Assembly (NCBI GenBank): GCA_964592105.1
Contig: CAZQBL010000008.1
Coordinates: 1 to 56,911, forward strand
Reading direction: 5' to 3'
Origin: an uncultured Gammaproteobacteria bacterium
GTDB taxonomy: Bacteria > Patescibacteriota > Patescibacteriia > UBA10025 > JAHIVO01
Length of the DNA: 56,911 bases
A program made the position numbers and the translations under genes. Numbering within the stretch: position 1 is the first letter of the stretch; each line of letters opens with the position of its first letter. Under the pieces are notes generated by a model. That model was given only the letters and a program-made list of their open reading frames with translations, searched no databases and had not been told where the DNA came from. This document shows positions 48,190 to 56,911 of the stretch, piece by piece.

Positions 48190-48642
48190 ATGTCCACTCT
48201 TAAAAATTTTATGCCACCTGAACGATCAGCGGGAGTAGTCATATATCACCAGAAAAAAAATCAGATAAAATATTTGATGCTTCGGTATATTCCCGGACAT
48301 TGGGATTTTCCTAGGGGGCATGTGGAGCTTGGCGAGGATGACGAACAAACCGCCCGGCGCGAGATAAAGGAGGAGACTGGAATTGAAGGTCTAGAAATTT
48401 TACCCGGCTTCAAGGAAAAAATTTCCTGGTTTTATCGGAAAAAAGGCCAACCAAAACCAAGGTTCAAAGAGGCGGTTTATTTTTTAGCCAGAAGTCCCAC
48501 TTTGTCCGTTAATCTATCGGCAGAACATACGGCTTATAAATGGCTGGATTTTGAGTCAGCTAAAAAGCAGGCCACTTTTATCAACTCACGACAGGTTCTG
48601 GAAAAGGCTAATAAGTTTCTAATTAAAAGTCATGAGGCGTAG
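48190..48642 (+). CDS. NUDIX hydrolase (Ap4A hydrolase-like)
   Basis: SAG, HWDFPRGHVE.GE....TARREIKEETG, LSAEH..Y.W. Confidence 0.92.
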   Translation: MSTLKNFMPPERSAGVVIYHQKKNQIKYLMLRYIPGHWDFPRGHVELGEDDEQTARREIKEETGIEGLEILPGFKEKISWFYRKKGQPKPRFKEAVYFLARSPTLSVNLSAEHTAYKWLDFESAKKQATFINSRQVLEKANKFLIKSHEA

Positions 48643-49333
48643 GTGGATAAAAGGCCCGGAAATTTTTTTATTGGTCAGTTTCGGCTTAATCGGTTTGGCG
48701 ACGGTGTTTTATCTTTGGTTACCGTCATTTGCTCAGAGTTTGGGAGAGATAGCCAGCCGTTTACATGATTTTGCCTTGCGTCAGGGTTACTGGGGAGCTT
48801 TTGTGGTCACGGCTATAAGTAATGCTGCGCTGATTATACCCATTCCCTATGGTACTGTTTTGTTTCTTTTGGGGAGTTTAGGTTTGAATCCCTGGTTGCT
48901 GGGGTTTCTTACTGGTGTGGCGGCCGGCCTAGGAGAAGTTATTGGCTATTGGGTTGGCCGGGGGGCCGGGTTACTGGTCTCCAAAAAGCAGCAGGAAAAA
49001 TTTAAAAAAATTAATTTATTTATTTCCCGACATCCTCATTTAACGCCGTGGCTGATATTTTTTTTCGGGACGACACCCATACCCGACGACATAATATTGA
49101 TTCCGTTGGGCATTATAAAATATCCGTTTTGGAAAGCCATAATTCCCGATGCCTTGGGTAAGCTGGTGATGACCACAGCCATGTCATTGGCCGGTAAATA
49201 TTCGTTAACAGTCATCCAGAGCTGGTTCGGTCAGGAAGGGGGCTGGTGGTCCGGTGTTGTTGTTTTCGTTTTGACTATACTAATGATTTATTTTACTATT
49301 AAGATTAAATGGGAGAAGTTAATTAGGATATAA
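48632..49333 (+). CDS. DedA/VTT domain membrane protein
   Basis: LGE.IGYWVGR, TPIPDD...IPLG...YPF. Confidence 0.8.
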   Translation: MRRRWIKGPEIFLLVSFGLIGLATVFYLWLPSFAQSLGEIASRLHDFALRQGYWGAFVVTAISNAALIIPIPYGTVLFLLGSLGLNPWLLGFLTGVAAGLGEVIGYWVGRGAGLLVSKKQQEKFKKINLFISRHPHLTPWLIFFFGTTPIPDDIILIPLGIIKYPFWKAIIPDALGKLVMTTAMSLAGKYSLTVIQSWFGQEGGWWSGVVVFVLTILMIYFTIKIKWEKLIRI

Positions 49334-49337
49334 GTTT

Positions 49338-49667
49338 ATGGATGACGAGAAATGGCAAGAAGTAGTCGGGCGTATTTTGGATGATTTTGACGTTTTGGAG
49401 CATGATATGGCCGAACTTGACCCTGGCCCCGGAAAAATTGAGTATATTATTTTTAACGGGCCATTGGGTAAGATGAAGCTTGAACGCACTTCCAAGCCCC
49501 TGGTTTTGGATAAAAAAGCTATCGGCTCCAAAAGAATTGGCTCCCAAACTGCCGTAGAATATATTTATTCGGACACCGAAAAAGTGCACACCATGAAAGC
49601 ATACAAATGGGATGATGGCCAACAGAATTGGATAGAGATGGATAAGGAGAGGGACTTGTTTTTTTAA
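49338..49667 (+). CDS. Hypothetical protein
   Basis: Clean ORF within an operon-like run. Confidence 0.75.
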   Translation: MDDEKWQEVVGRILDDFDVLEHDMAELDPGPGKIEYIIFNGPLGKMKLERTSKPLVLDKKAIGSKRIGSQTAVEYIYSDTEKVHTMKAYKWDDGQQNWIEMDKERDLFF

Positions 49668-49682
49668 ATTTTAAAGAAACTT

Positions 49683-49943
49683 ATGAGTGATATTAACCAA
49701 GAGATAGCGGCGCTTTTTCAGGCCAAGGGCGATATTCTGTTTGTCAAGGGTGATAAATATAAATTTAGGGCTTTAGCTTATAGCCGCGCCGCCAAGGTCA
49801 TAGAAAAACTGGATCGCAGCCTTGATGAAATTTACGCCCATGGTTGGCTCGTTGGTCTGGAGAAGATTGAGGGTATTGGTAATCGGCTGGCGCATGAAAT
49901 TGAAACTGAATTGAAAAAGAGGGGGCTTGCCAAGAAGAAGTAA
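49683..49943 (+). CDS. Stand-alone PolX-type N-terminal helix-hairpin-helix domain protein
   Basis: NQEIA..F, FRALAY.RAA..I, L..IEGIG. Confidence 0.75.
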   Translation: MSDINQEIAALFQAKGDILFVKGDKYKFRALAYSRAAKVIEKLDRSLDEIYAHGWLVGLEKIEGIGNRLAHEIETELKKRGLAKKK

Positions 49944-49956
49944 GAAGTCGGACATT

Positions 49957-50030
49957 GGTTGTTAGAAGTTAGTTAATTCCCCAGCTTCTAATCTCCAATT
50001 TCCTTTTCAACTTTTAAAATCAACACCTAA
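49957..50030. repeat. Short or partial heptad inverted-repeat element
   Basis: GTTAGAAGTTAG versus CAGCTTCTAA; ends AACACCTAA like 19170-19178. Confidence 0.45.
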
Positions 50031-50040
50031 AGATTATTTT

Positions 50041-50490
50041 ATGAGACACAAAACAGCGACAATAATCGTTCTGATCGTAGCTTTAGGAGGGATGATTTTT
50101 TCTGGCTATCTGTCTTACACTAACTTGTGGGGCTCTGGCTGTGAGCAAGCCCTGATCAAATGCGGTGGCGCCAAAACCGTGGAGATTCTAGGTTTGCCGA
50201 CCTGCGTTTACGGATTTTTTATGTTTTTGATAGAAGCCATTTTCGCGGCGATCACTTTAAATAAGCATGACAAGAAACCGTTACTTAAGTGGATTTTCGG
50301 TATCGGCGTTTTTGGCACGGTTTTTGCCGGGGGATTGGCTATTTATGAAATTGGCTGGCTTGATGCTTTTTCCTACGGCATTCCCGCTTGCCTTTATGGT
50401 TTTATTTTCTATGTGTTGATTTTCATTTTTTCCCTGCTGGGTTTACGCTACAAAGGCGAGTCGCCCGTGGTCTCATCGCCATCATCCTAA
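50041..50490 (+). CDS. VKOR-like membrane protein
   Basis: TM1 ending FSGYLSY, Cys loop, LGLPTCVYG, four TMs, PACLYG. Confidence 0.6.
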   Translation: MRHKTATIIVLIVALGGMIFSGYLSYTNLWGSGCEQALIKCGGAKTVEILGLPTCVYGFFMFLIEAIFAAITLNKHDKKPLLKWIFGIGVFGTVFAGGLAIYEIGWLDAFSYGIPACLYGFIFYVLIFIFSLLGLRYKGESPVVSSPSS

Positions 50491-50499
50491 TCAATTAAT

Positions 50500-50697
50500 A
50501 TGGACTTTTTCAACGAAATTTTCGGTTACCTGACTGATTCGAAAGGCCTTGGTTTCCCCATGCTTATTTGCGGCGGTCTTTTGATCATTTTGTGGCTGAT
50601 GAAGAAAACCAGCAAGAGCTGGCAAAAAGTTGATATCAAAATCGAAAGAAAGAAAGAGGACAGGAATAGTTTTAATACTCCTTACAAACTTTTATAG
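50500..50697 (+). CDS. Small single-TM protein
   Basis: Hydrophobic segment followed by a basic tail. Confidence 0.55.
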   Translation: MDFFNEIFGYLTDSKGLGFPMLICGGLLIILWLMKKTSKSWQKVDIKIERKKEDRNSFNTPYKLL

Positions 50698-50801
50698 AGA
50701 TCATTATATTGAATTTCTGGCTTGGGACGAATGTTCCAAAGCTGGTTTGTTTTTCGTGAAATATTGAATAAAATGCCTTTTATTGTTAAAATACAAGCAT
50801 T

Positions 50802-51701
50802 ATGCCACTTCTGGAAGTAAAAAATCTATCAAAAACGTTTACCAGCAAAAAAGGTGAGATCGTGGCCGTGGATAATGTTTCCTTTAGCGCGGACAAAGGT
50901 GAGATTTTCGGGTTACTTGGTCCCAATGGCGCCGGTAAAACCACCACGATTCGTTTGATTGCCACGGTGTTGAAACCGACTGGGGGTACGGTCATGGTGG
51001 ACGGCCACGATATTTTGGCTGACTCGGAGGCTGTCAGGAAAAATATCGGCGTGCTGACTACGGATATCGGACTTTATGATAGGTTTACGGCGCGCGAGAA
51101 TTTAAGGTATTTCGGCGAGCTTTATGGCATGTCCGGACAAAAACTGGAAGAGCGAATTGACGAATTGATTGAAGTTTTGGAAATGACAGATTTTGCTGAT
51201 CGTAAAGCCGGCAAGTTTTCCACGGGCATGAAGCAGAAAGTAGCCATTGCCCGCTCCATTATCCACGACCCCAAAGTTATAATTTTTGACGAACCAACAG
51301 CGGGCCTGGACGTTCTGGCTTCGCAGACCGTGGTGCGTTTTATGCAAAAAGCCAAAGCTATGGGTAAACTGGTCATCTTATCTACTCATGAAATGTACGA
51401 TGCCGAAAAGTTGTGCGACCGGATTGGCATTATTCACCGCGGCCGTTTGCGGGTTATTGATACGGTTAGTCATCTGGAGTCCTCCACTGGAACCGACAAT
51501 CTGGAAGACGCCTTTCTGAAAATCGTGCACGGCCAGACCGGTTCGGCGGTAGTTAGGCAGCGGAGTTTGAAAGAAAAAAAGCCAAGGATTTTTTCGTCGC
51601 GCGGTCTGGTTATTGGCGGTAAAACATTTGCCTGGTGGCGGTTGGCGATTTTATTTGCCGCCGCTGTTATTTTAATCGTTCAATTTTTAGTAAAAAAATG
51701 A
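50802..51701 (+). CDS. ABC transporter ATP-binding subunit (NatA-like)
   Basis: GPNGAGKTT, FSTGMKQKVAIARS, FDEPT, STH. Confidence 0.93.
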   Translation: MPLLEVKNLSKTFTSKKGEIVAVDNVSFSADKGEIFGLLGPNGAGKTTTIRLIATVLKPTGGTVMVDGHDILADSEAVRKNIGVLTTDIGLYDRFTARENLRYFGELYGMSGQKLEERIDELIEVLEMTDFADRKAGKFSTGMKQKVAIARSIIHDPKVIIFDEPTAGLDVLASQTVVRFMQKAKAMGKLVILSTHEMYDAEKLCDRIGIIHRGRLRVIDTVSHLESSTGTDNLEDAFLKIVHGQTGSAVVRQRSLKEKKPRIFSSRGLVIGGKTFAWWRLAILFAAAVILIVQFLVKK

Positions 51702-52882
51702 AAGAAATACTGACAGTTTGGAAAAAGGAAATAAAAGACACACTTAGGGATAGACGCACTCTTTATACAGCCGTGATTATGCCGATAGTGCTCATGCCCG
51801 TTATTATGATCGGCAGCTTCAAGTTGCAGGAATCGCAGATAAAATCTTTGGAACAACAGACCGCCATAGTGGCCGTAGCTAATGAATCCGCCGCCCCTTC
51901 GTTAGTGGCCTTTTTGAAGTCACAGGAAAAAATTTCCATAAGTGAGATTAAAAGCGATTTTGAAAACAAATTGAATTCCGGAGAGATTCAGGCTTATATA
52001 ACTACCCCGGACGATTTTGAAAGTCTTTTAACCGCCGGCCAGCCGGCCACTGTCCGGGTTTATCAAAAAAGCACTGAGCAGAAATCCAGCAATGCGGCTC
52101 AGAAAGTTCAAACGGCCTTGGCGGTTTACAATCAGACATTGAGTGTTCAGAAACTTTCATCAGCCGGGCTTGATCCGCAAGCGTTGCAAAGCATCGTGGT
52201 CGAATCCAAGGATATTGCTACTGAACAGGAAAAAGGAGGATATTTTTTAGGCATGCTGCTGCCGATGTTTATTGTCTTGTTTTCCATCATGGGCGGGATG
52301 TACGCGGCCATTGATGTTTCAGCCGGCGAAAAAGAAAGAAAAACTCTGGAAGCGCTGCTCATCACACCTTTGTCGCGTTTCAGAATTGTGACCGGTAAAT
52401 TTATGGCCGTGGCCACCACCGCGATCACTTCCGTGGTTCTGTCCATCACCAGCATGTACGCGGCCTTCAAGATCTGGCCGCCGGATTTCGGCATATCGTT
52501 TGTTTTTGATCTGTCGCTTTCGACCGTGGTCCTGATGCTGGTCTTGGGGATTATTTTGTCTATTATGTTCGCGGGTTTTTTGCTGGCTGTGGCCATTTTT
52601 GCCAAGAGTTTTAAAGAAGCCCAGAATTATATTACGCCGTTTTATCTGTTGGCCATTTTGCCGGTTTCCATTTTTTCTTCCATACCTGGTTTTAAGCCGC
52701 CCTTGTGGATGTTTTTGATACCGTCGGTCAACGCCGTGTTTTTATTCAAAGAGAGTCTGATGGGTCAGACCGTCTGGTCGCACATCATCCTGACCGTGGC
52801 GACGACCATCATCGGCGCCATAATAGCCATTGTTGCCGCTACTAAGATTTTTTCTAAAGAAAGTGTCCTGTTCAGGGACTAG
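51698..52882 (+). CDS. ABC transporter permease (NatB-like)
   Basis: KEIKDTLRDRRT, AGEKERKTLEALL.TP, AKSFKEAQ; ATGA overlap. Confidence 0.9.
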   Translation: MKEILTVWKKEIKDTLRDRRTLYTAVIMPIVLMPVIMIGSFKLQESQIKSLEQQTAIVAVANESAAPSLVAFLKSQEKISISEIKSDFENKLNSGEIQAYITTPDDFESLLTAGQPATVRVYQKSTEQKSSNAAQKVQTALAVYNQTLSVQKLSSAGLDPQALQSIVVESKDIATEQEKGGYFLGMLLPMFIVLFSIMGGMYAAIDVSAGEKERKTLEALLITPLSRFRIVTGKFMAVATTAITSVVLSITSMYAAFKIWPPDFGISFVFDLSLSTVVLMLVLGIILSIMFAGFLLAVAIFAKSFKEAQNYITPFYLLAILPVSIFSSIPGFKPPLWMFLIPSVNAVFLFKESLMGQTVWSHIILTVATTIIGAIIAIVAATKIFSKESVLFRD

Positions 52883-52972
52883 GCGGACTTAGCCACTTGT
52901 TATTTCTGGGCGTTGTATTCTATACTATAGGCAGTTAATCAGAATAGTATTAGTTTTTAAGAATGATATTTT

Positions 52973-53425
52973 ATGAAGATAAAGGATATCATGACTAAGA
53001 AGGTTATCACCATTCCAGCGCACGCCACCTTGCGTCTAGCCGCCTCCATTCTGGCTGAAAACGAAATTTCCGGTGCTCCAGTAGTTTCTGAAGCCGGAAA
53101 GCTTCTGGGTATCGTTTCCGAAAAGGATCTTTTTAAGGCACTGTACCCTTCGCATGCGGAGTTTTATGAAAGCCCGGGAGTATGGATTGATCTAGATGCT
53201 ATCGAAAAAAAGACAGTGGAAGCGGCGGATAAACCGGTGCTGGACCTGATGTCCAAGGCGGTTATCACTGTTAATCCGGAAACGCCGTTGATGCAGGTTG
53301 GGTCTTTGATGCTGGTGCGGGGCATTCACCGGGTGATGGTGGTCGACGAAAGTGGAGCTATTGTCGGTATTGCCACCAGGCGCGATATCTACCGCAATAT
53401 TCTCAAAAACCGTCTGAAGGTTTAA
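52973..53425 (+). CDS. CBS-domain pair protein
   Basis: KIKDIMT, ISGAPVV, GIVSEKDL, VGIATRRD. Confidence 0.92.
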   Translation: MKIKDIMTKKVITIPAHATLRLAASILAENEISGAPVVSEAGKLLGIVSEKDLFKALYPSHAEFYESPGVWIDLDAIEKKTVEAADKPVLDLMSKAVITVNPETPLMQVGSLMLVRGIHRVMVVDESGAIVGIATRRDIYRNILKNRLKV

Positions 53426-53433
53426 GATCTATT

Positions 53434-54300
53434 ATGCCGGAACTTCCCGAAGTTGAGACCATACGACGTGAATTGGCGCGAGTTTTAATCGGCAAGAAAA
53501 TAACTCAGGTGATTGTTAATCTGTCCAAAGCCGTACGTGGCTCGGTGGCGGTTTTTAGAAAAAAAATATCCGGCGCTAAAATAAAATCAGTCGGCCGTCG
53601 GGCCAAGCTGGCGATTTTTTCTTTGTCAAATGGCTATTCCTTCGTGGTTCATCTGAAAATGACGGGTCAGCTGATTTATCAGCGCCAGAAGGTTTTAAAA
53701 GTCGGTGGTCATCCTATCAAAGACGGAACGCGTGATTTGCCTAATAAATTTACCCGGGTGATTTTTCACTTGGCCGATGGTGGCACCCTTTTTTTTAATG
53801 ATGTGCGTAAATTTGGTTTTTTGCAGCTTATGCCAACGGCGGAGCTGGAGAATTTTTTTAAAAGAAATAAATACGGCCCCGAACCTTTGTCGGACAACTT
53901 TACTTTTTCAGTATTCTTGAGCCTTTTGAAAAAGAAAAGAGCCACTAAAATAAAGCCGCTGCTTATAGACCAGACTTTTATCGCCGGAGTGGGTAATATT
54001 TACGCCACTGAGATCTGTTTCTATGCGCGCCTGAATCCGAGCAGGACAGTCGGCAGCCTGAAGCCACGGGAAGTGAAAAAACTTTATAGGGGCCTTAAGA
54101 GTATTTTAAAAAATGCCGTTAATAAAAAAGGTACCTCCATGAATAATTATGTGGATGCCTACGGTCAGTCCGGCAATTATGTATCATCTTTGAAGGTTTA
54201 TGGACGGAAAGGTGAGTCTTGTCCACGTTGCGGGGCTACCATAAAAAACATTATCTTAGGTGGCCGAGGCACTACTTACTGTCCGCGTTGCCAGAAATAA
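53434..54300 (+). CDS. mutM: Formamidopyrimidine-DNA glycosylase
   Basis: MPELPEVET, HLKMTG, GVGNIYA.E, C-terminal CPRC..CPRCQ zinc finger. Confidence 0.97.
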   Translation: MPELPEVETIRRELARVLIGKKITQVIVNLSKAVRGSVAVFRKKISGAKIKSVGRRAKLAIFSLSNGYSFVVHLKMTGQLIYQRQKVLKVGGHPIKDGTRDLPNKFTRVIFHLADGGTLFFNDVRKFGFLQLMPTAELENFFKRNKYGPEPLSDNFTFSVFLSLLKKKRATKIKPLLIDQTFIAGVGNIYATEICFYARLNPSRTVGSLKPREVKKLYRGLKSILKNAVNKKGTSMNNYVDAYGQSGNYVSSLKVYGRKGESCPRCGATIKNIILGGRGTTYCPRCQK

Positions 54301-54338
54301 CCCCACCTATTATTGGATTATTCAGGGAAGAACAATAC

Positions 54339-54376
54339 AAAAAATGGCTCAATGATTGAAATAAGCCATTTTTTTA
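54339..54376. terminator. Bidirectional terminator
   Basis: AAAAAATGGCT...AGCCATTTTTT between convergent genes. Confidence 0.65.
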
Positions 54377-54397
54377 TTTACAGCTAATAGGTGGGGA

Positions 54398-54832
54398 TTA
54401 GAAAAGATTGATAATAAATGCTATAATAAGACCGATCAGCCCCCCGATGAAGACCTGGAAAGGAGTGTGTTCTATGGTTCTGGGGTTTGCTAAAAAGCCG
54501 ACTCGCTCTGATTCGGGCAGGTGGTTAATGAGTTTTTGTACCGATTTACTGTTATTGTCGACAACTTTGCGTAGCGAGATAGCGTCAGAAATGACAATAA
54601 CCGAAAAAACAACGGCGATGGCGAAAGCTGCCGAGTTAATGCCGGTGGTGAAGGCTACCATGGCGCAGAGTGAAACTACTGCTGCAGAATGTGAGGAGGG
54701 CATGCCACCATAAGCGGTTAAAAAATCCCGAAAAGTGAAATTGCCTTTGATGCCGTCGGTCGCGAGTTTGATAGATTGGACGACTATCATTGACAGGAGT
54801 GGGGCCAATATTATTTCAAACCCTAAGGACAT
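54398..54832 (-). CDS. Divergent PAP2 family protein (DUF212-like)
   Basis: Q.IK, GGMPSSHSA, DA..LR, HTP.QV..G. Confidence 0.88.
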   Translation of the reverse strand: MSLGFEIILAPLLSMIVVQSIKLATDGIKGNFTFRDFLTAYGGMPSSHSAAVVSLCAMVAFTTGINSAAFAIAVVFSVIVISDAISLRKVVDNNSKSVQKLINHLPESERVGFLANPRTIEHTPFQVFIGGLIGLIIAFIINLF

Positions 54833-54840
54833 ATTTATAA

Positions 54841-55656
54841 ATGGAATTTATTAATTCAATTATTTTAGGAGTTGTTCAGGGTGTTACGGAGTTTTTGCCG
54901 ATTTCGTCGTCAGGTCATTTGGTAGTGGCCCATGACGTGCTGGGCTTTGGCTTTATAGATAATTTGAGTTTTGACGTGGCTTTGCATGTAGGCACTCTGG
55001 TGGCCTTGTTGTTTTTTTTCTGGAAAGATATTGTTAAGTATATTGTAGCATTTGGCCAAAGCTTTGCCAACTGGGATTTGAAAAATAGTCTCGACCAGCG
55101 TCTGTCCTGGTTTATTTTTATCGGTTCGATTCCGGCCGGGTTTTTCGGTTTCACTTTCGAAAGCGTGATTGACGAAAAACTGCGAAGTCCTTGGCTGGTG
55201 GCGGTACTGCTTATAGCCGTCGGCTTGTTATTTTTGCTTTTTGAACGCCTTTTCCCGAAAACCAAGGAACTTGAGTCCTTGGGCTTGAAAGGTGCCTTAG
55301 TTATCGGTTTTGCCCAGGTGTTGGCGCTCATGCCGGGTGTCTCGCGTTCCGGTATAACCATCCTGGCGGGTTTAGCTCAGGGCTTGAAACGCCAAGCCGC
55401 GGCGCGTTTTTCTTTTTTATTGTCTATACCTGTTGTCTTAGGAGCTGGATTAAAAAAAATGTTCGATGTTGTCCAGGAACAGTTGTCAGCCAATGAGTGG
55501 CTGGTGCTACTGGTGGGCGCGGCTAGTTCAGCCGTGGTAGGTTTTTATGCCATCAAATATTTACTGAAATACTTGAACTCTCATCCGCTGAATATTTTCG
55601 CTTATTATCGATTTGCCCTCGGAGCGGTAATTATTGTTTATTTATTAGTTGGCTGA
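54841..55656 (+). CDS. uppP: Undecaprenyl-diphosphatase UppP/BacA
   Basis: QGVTEFLPISSSGHL, PGVSRSG.T, FSFLLSIP. Confidence 0.96.
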   Translation: MEFINSIILGVVQGVTEFLPISSSGHLVVAHDVLGFGFIDNLSFDVALHVGTLVALLFFFWKDIVKYIVAFGQSFANWDLKNSLDQRLSWFIFIGSIPAGFFGFTFESVIDEKLRSPWLVAVLLIAVGLLFLLFERLFPKTKELESLGLKGALVIGFAQVLALMPGVSRSGITILAGLAQGLKRQAAARFSFLLSIPVVLGAGLKKMFDVVQEQLSANEWLVLLVGAASSAVVGFYAIKYLLKYLNSHPLNIFAYYRFALGAVIIVYLLVG

Positions 55657-55697
55657 TATGTTGTAATACGCCTTTGTCTTAACAATACTATGGTTAT

Positions 55698-55748
55698 ACA
55701 TTTTGTCATTCCGATTCGCCCAGAGAACGGACGCGAAATGACAAATGT
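55698..55748. repeat. REP-like palindrome
   Basis: ACATTTTGTCATTCCG ... CGAAATGACAAATGT. Confidence 0.45.
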
Positions 55749-55764
55749 CCTTATTTTTATAGCT

Positions 55765-55796
55765 AAAAAGCAGGTTGATTATTCACCTGCTTTTTA
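55765..55796. terminator. Bidirectional terminator
   Basis: AAAAAGCAGGT...ACCTGCTTTTT. Confidence 0.7.
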
Positions 55797-55812
55797 AAGT
55801 AATTTTGTTGGA

Positions 55813-56907
55813 TTAGAAGGGAAGTTTTTCCTGTGAATCAAAATTTTGTGGGTGATGCTTGCCTTTGTACCACCAGGTCAGTGCGATGCCCAGTCCAGCC
55901 AGTATCCACGGCCACCACAGATAGGTGCCGGCGCAAATGTATTTGTAATAAATGATAAGACCGATAATGGTGACAAAAAGAGGGAAGAGCCACCAGCCGC
56001 CGGAGCGATGCCGTTTCTCGTAATCATAGTAGATGGCCAGCATAATAGGATAAATTATCAGTATCAAGATTATCAGCCAGTGGGCCATGTTAGTGCAGGG
56101 TTCTGTATTTTTATCGGCATTCTCGGTATTAGTATTTGAGTTGGTGGCGGAGTTTAAGGTTTCTTGTGTATTGGTGTTGGCAGTGGCATTAGTATTGGTG
56201 GCAGTGTTGACTGTGAAAGACGATTCCTGGTTTGAGGCGTTGGTATTGTTATTAGAACTGGAGTTGGTATTGGTGACTGTTACCAAACTCGGGCGGATGT
56301 CTTTGACCGCGATGCCAGCTGAAGCTTTGAGACTGCCTAAAGTTGCCGTGACTGAGCCAAGGCCGCCCCTCTTTGCGACAAAAGTTCCGTCTTTATCAAT
56401 CGTGCCGATCGCCGTATCGACTGACCAAACCAACCCTTGGGTAGAGACCTCGTTATGGAACTGGTCATAGGCCAGGACGCTGAATTTTTGGCTACTGCCC
56501 AGATTAACATTGGTCGGTTTTTCGTTGGGCGAGATGACTAAGGTAGCGGCTGCAGCGGGCGAGACGGTAATTTGCCAGGCTTGGGTGTCGTAGCCACCAT
56601 TTTGGTCAGTGACTTCAATGACCACGTTATAGGTGCCAACTTTGGTCGGTTGCCAGGTGATGGTGCTCTGATCGAGCGTCATATTTTTTGGACCTTCGGT
56701 CAGGCGCCAGGAGACAGTTTGGCCGTCTCTATCCGTGGCGGTAGCCACGTATTTATAAGTTTCTCCAGCCACAATTGAAGTAATGGCCTGGGAAGTAATA
56801 AGCGGCGGATGATTTATGTTCGTCTGCGCCTGTAGTACGGCTGGCAGTGATAAACTAAATATCACCACAATCACGAGTAAGACCCTCCAAGACGAGCTAT
56901 TAGGCAT
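55813..56907 (-). CDS. Surface protein with Ig/cadherin-like domains, an Asn/Thr-rich stalk and three C-terminal TMs
   Basis: Signal peptide; NHPP.ITS, ATDRDG, V.D..GG.DTQ; N/T low-complexity tract; hydrophobic C-terminus. Confidence 0.8.
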   Translation of the reverse strand: MPNSSSWRVLLVIVVIFSLSLPAVLQAQTNINHPPLITSQAITSIVAGETYKYVATATDRDGQTVSWRLTEGPKNMTLDQSTITWQPTKVGTYNVVIEVTDQNGGYDTQAWQITVSPAAAATLVISPNEKPTNVNLGSSQKFSVLAYDQFHNEVSTQGLVWSVDTAIGTIDKDGTFVAKRGGLGSVTATLGSLKASAGIAVKDIRPSLVTVTNTNSSSNNNTNASNQESSFTVNTATNTNATANTNTQETLNSATNSNTNTENADKNTEPCTNMAHWLIILILIIYPIMLAIYYDYEKRHRSGGWWLFPLFVTIIGLIIYYKYICAGTYLWWPWILAGLGIALTWWYKGKHHPQNFDSQEKLPF

Positions 56908-56911
56908 ATTC

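Noticed and set aside
56130-56280. Asn/Thr-rich repeats as a DNA repeat element
   Set aside because: A low-complexity protein stalk of a surface protein; similar tracts occur near 8590-8650 and 15290-15360
1-56911. Alternative genetic code (TGA read as Gly or Trp)
   Set aside because: Conserved genes are full length in code 11, and several end in TGA with ATGA coupling

Overview
A 56.9-kb chromosomal segment in the standard genetic code (TGA is used as stop). The gene set points to a Patescibacteria/CPR bacterium (inference): a solo T4SS-coupling-like ATPase, C39-like surface peptidases, many short hypotheticals and few metabolic genes. Core content: a CIRCE-controlled heat-shock cluster (hrcA-grpE-hsp20-Zn ribbon-dnaK ... 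dnaJ), cysS, dnaX, rarA, mutM, uppP, two ABC-2 exporters, two CorA paralogs, a Na+/Ca2+ antiporter, an acyltransferase-GT4-flippase lipid operon and three tRNAs (Glu-CTC, Gln-CTG, Pro-CGG). I saw no CRISPR array, integrase or transposase. Most notable observations: (1) a family of about 75-165 bp intergenic inverted repeats built from degenerate 7-nt units, concentrated in the chaperone cluster; (2) a membrane-anchored single-AAA-domain Clp protein between a GMN-less CorA and a Ca/Na antiporter; (3) a T9SS-tail protein and other orphan genes, each a self-contained promoter-SD-ORF-terminator cassette, against nearly leaderless core genes; (4) two candidate structured RNAs, one upstream of hsp20 and one downstream of tRNA-Glu; (5) an E. 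coli-type -1 frameshift signal in dnaX; (6) a Zn-ribbon insertion at the KMSKS loop of CysRS. All calls come from reading motifs by eye; no database searches were run.
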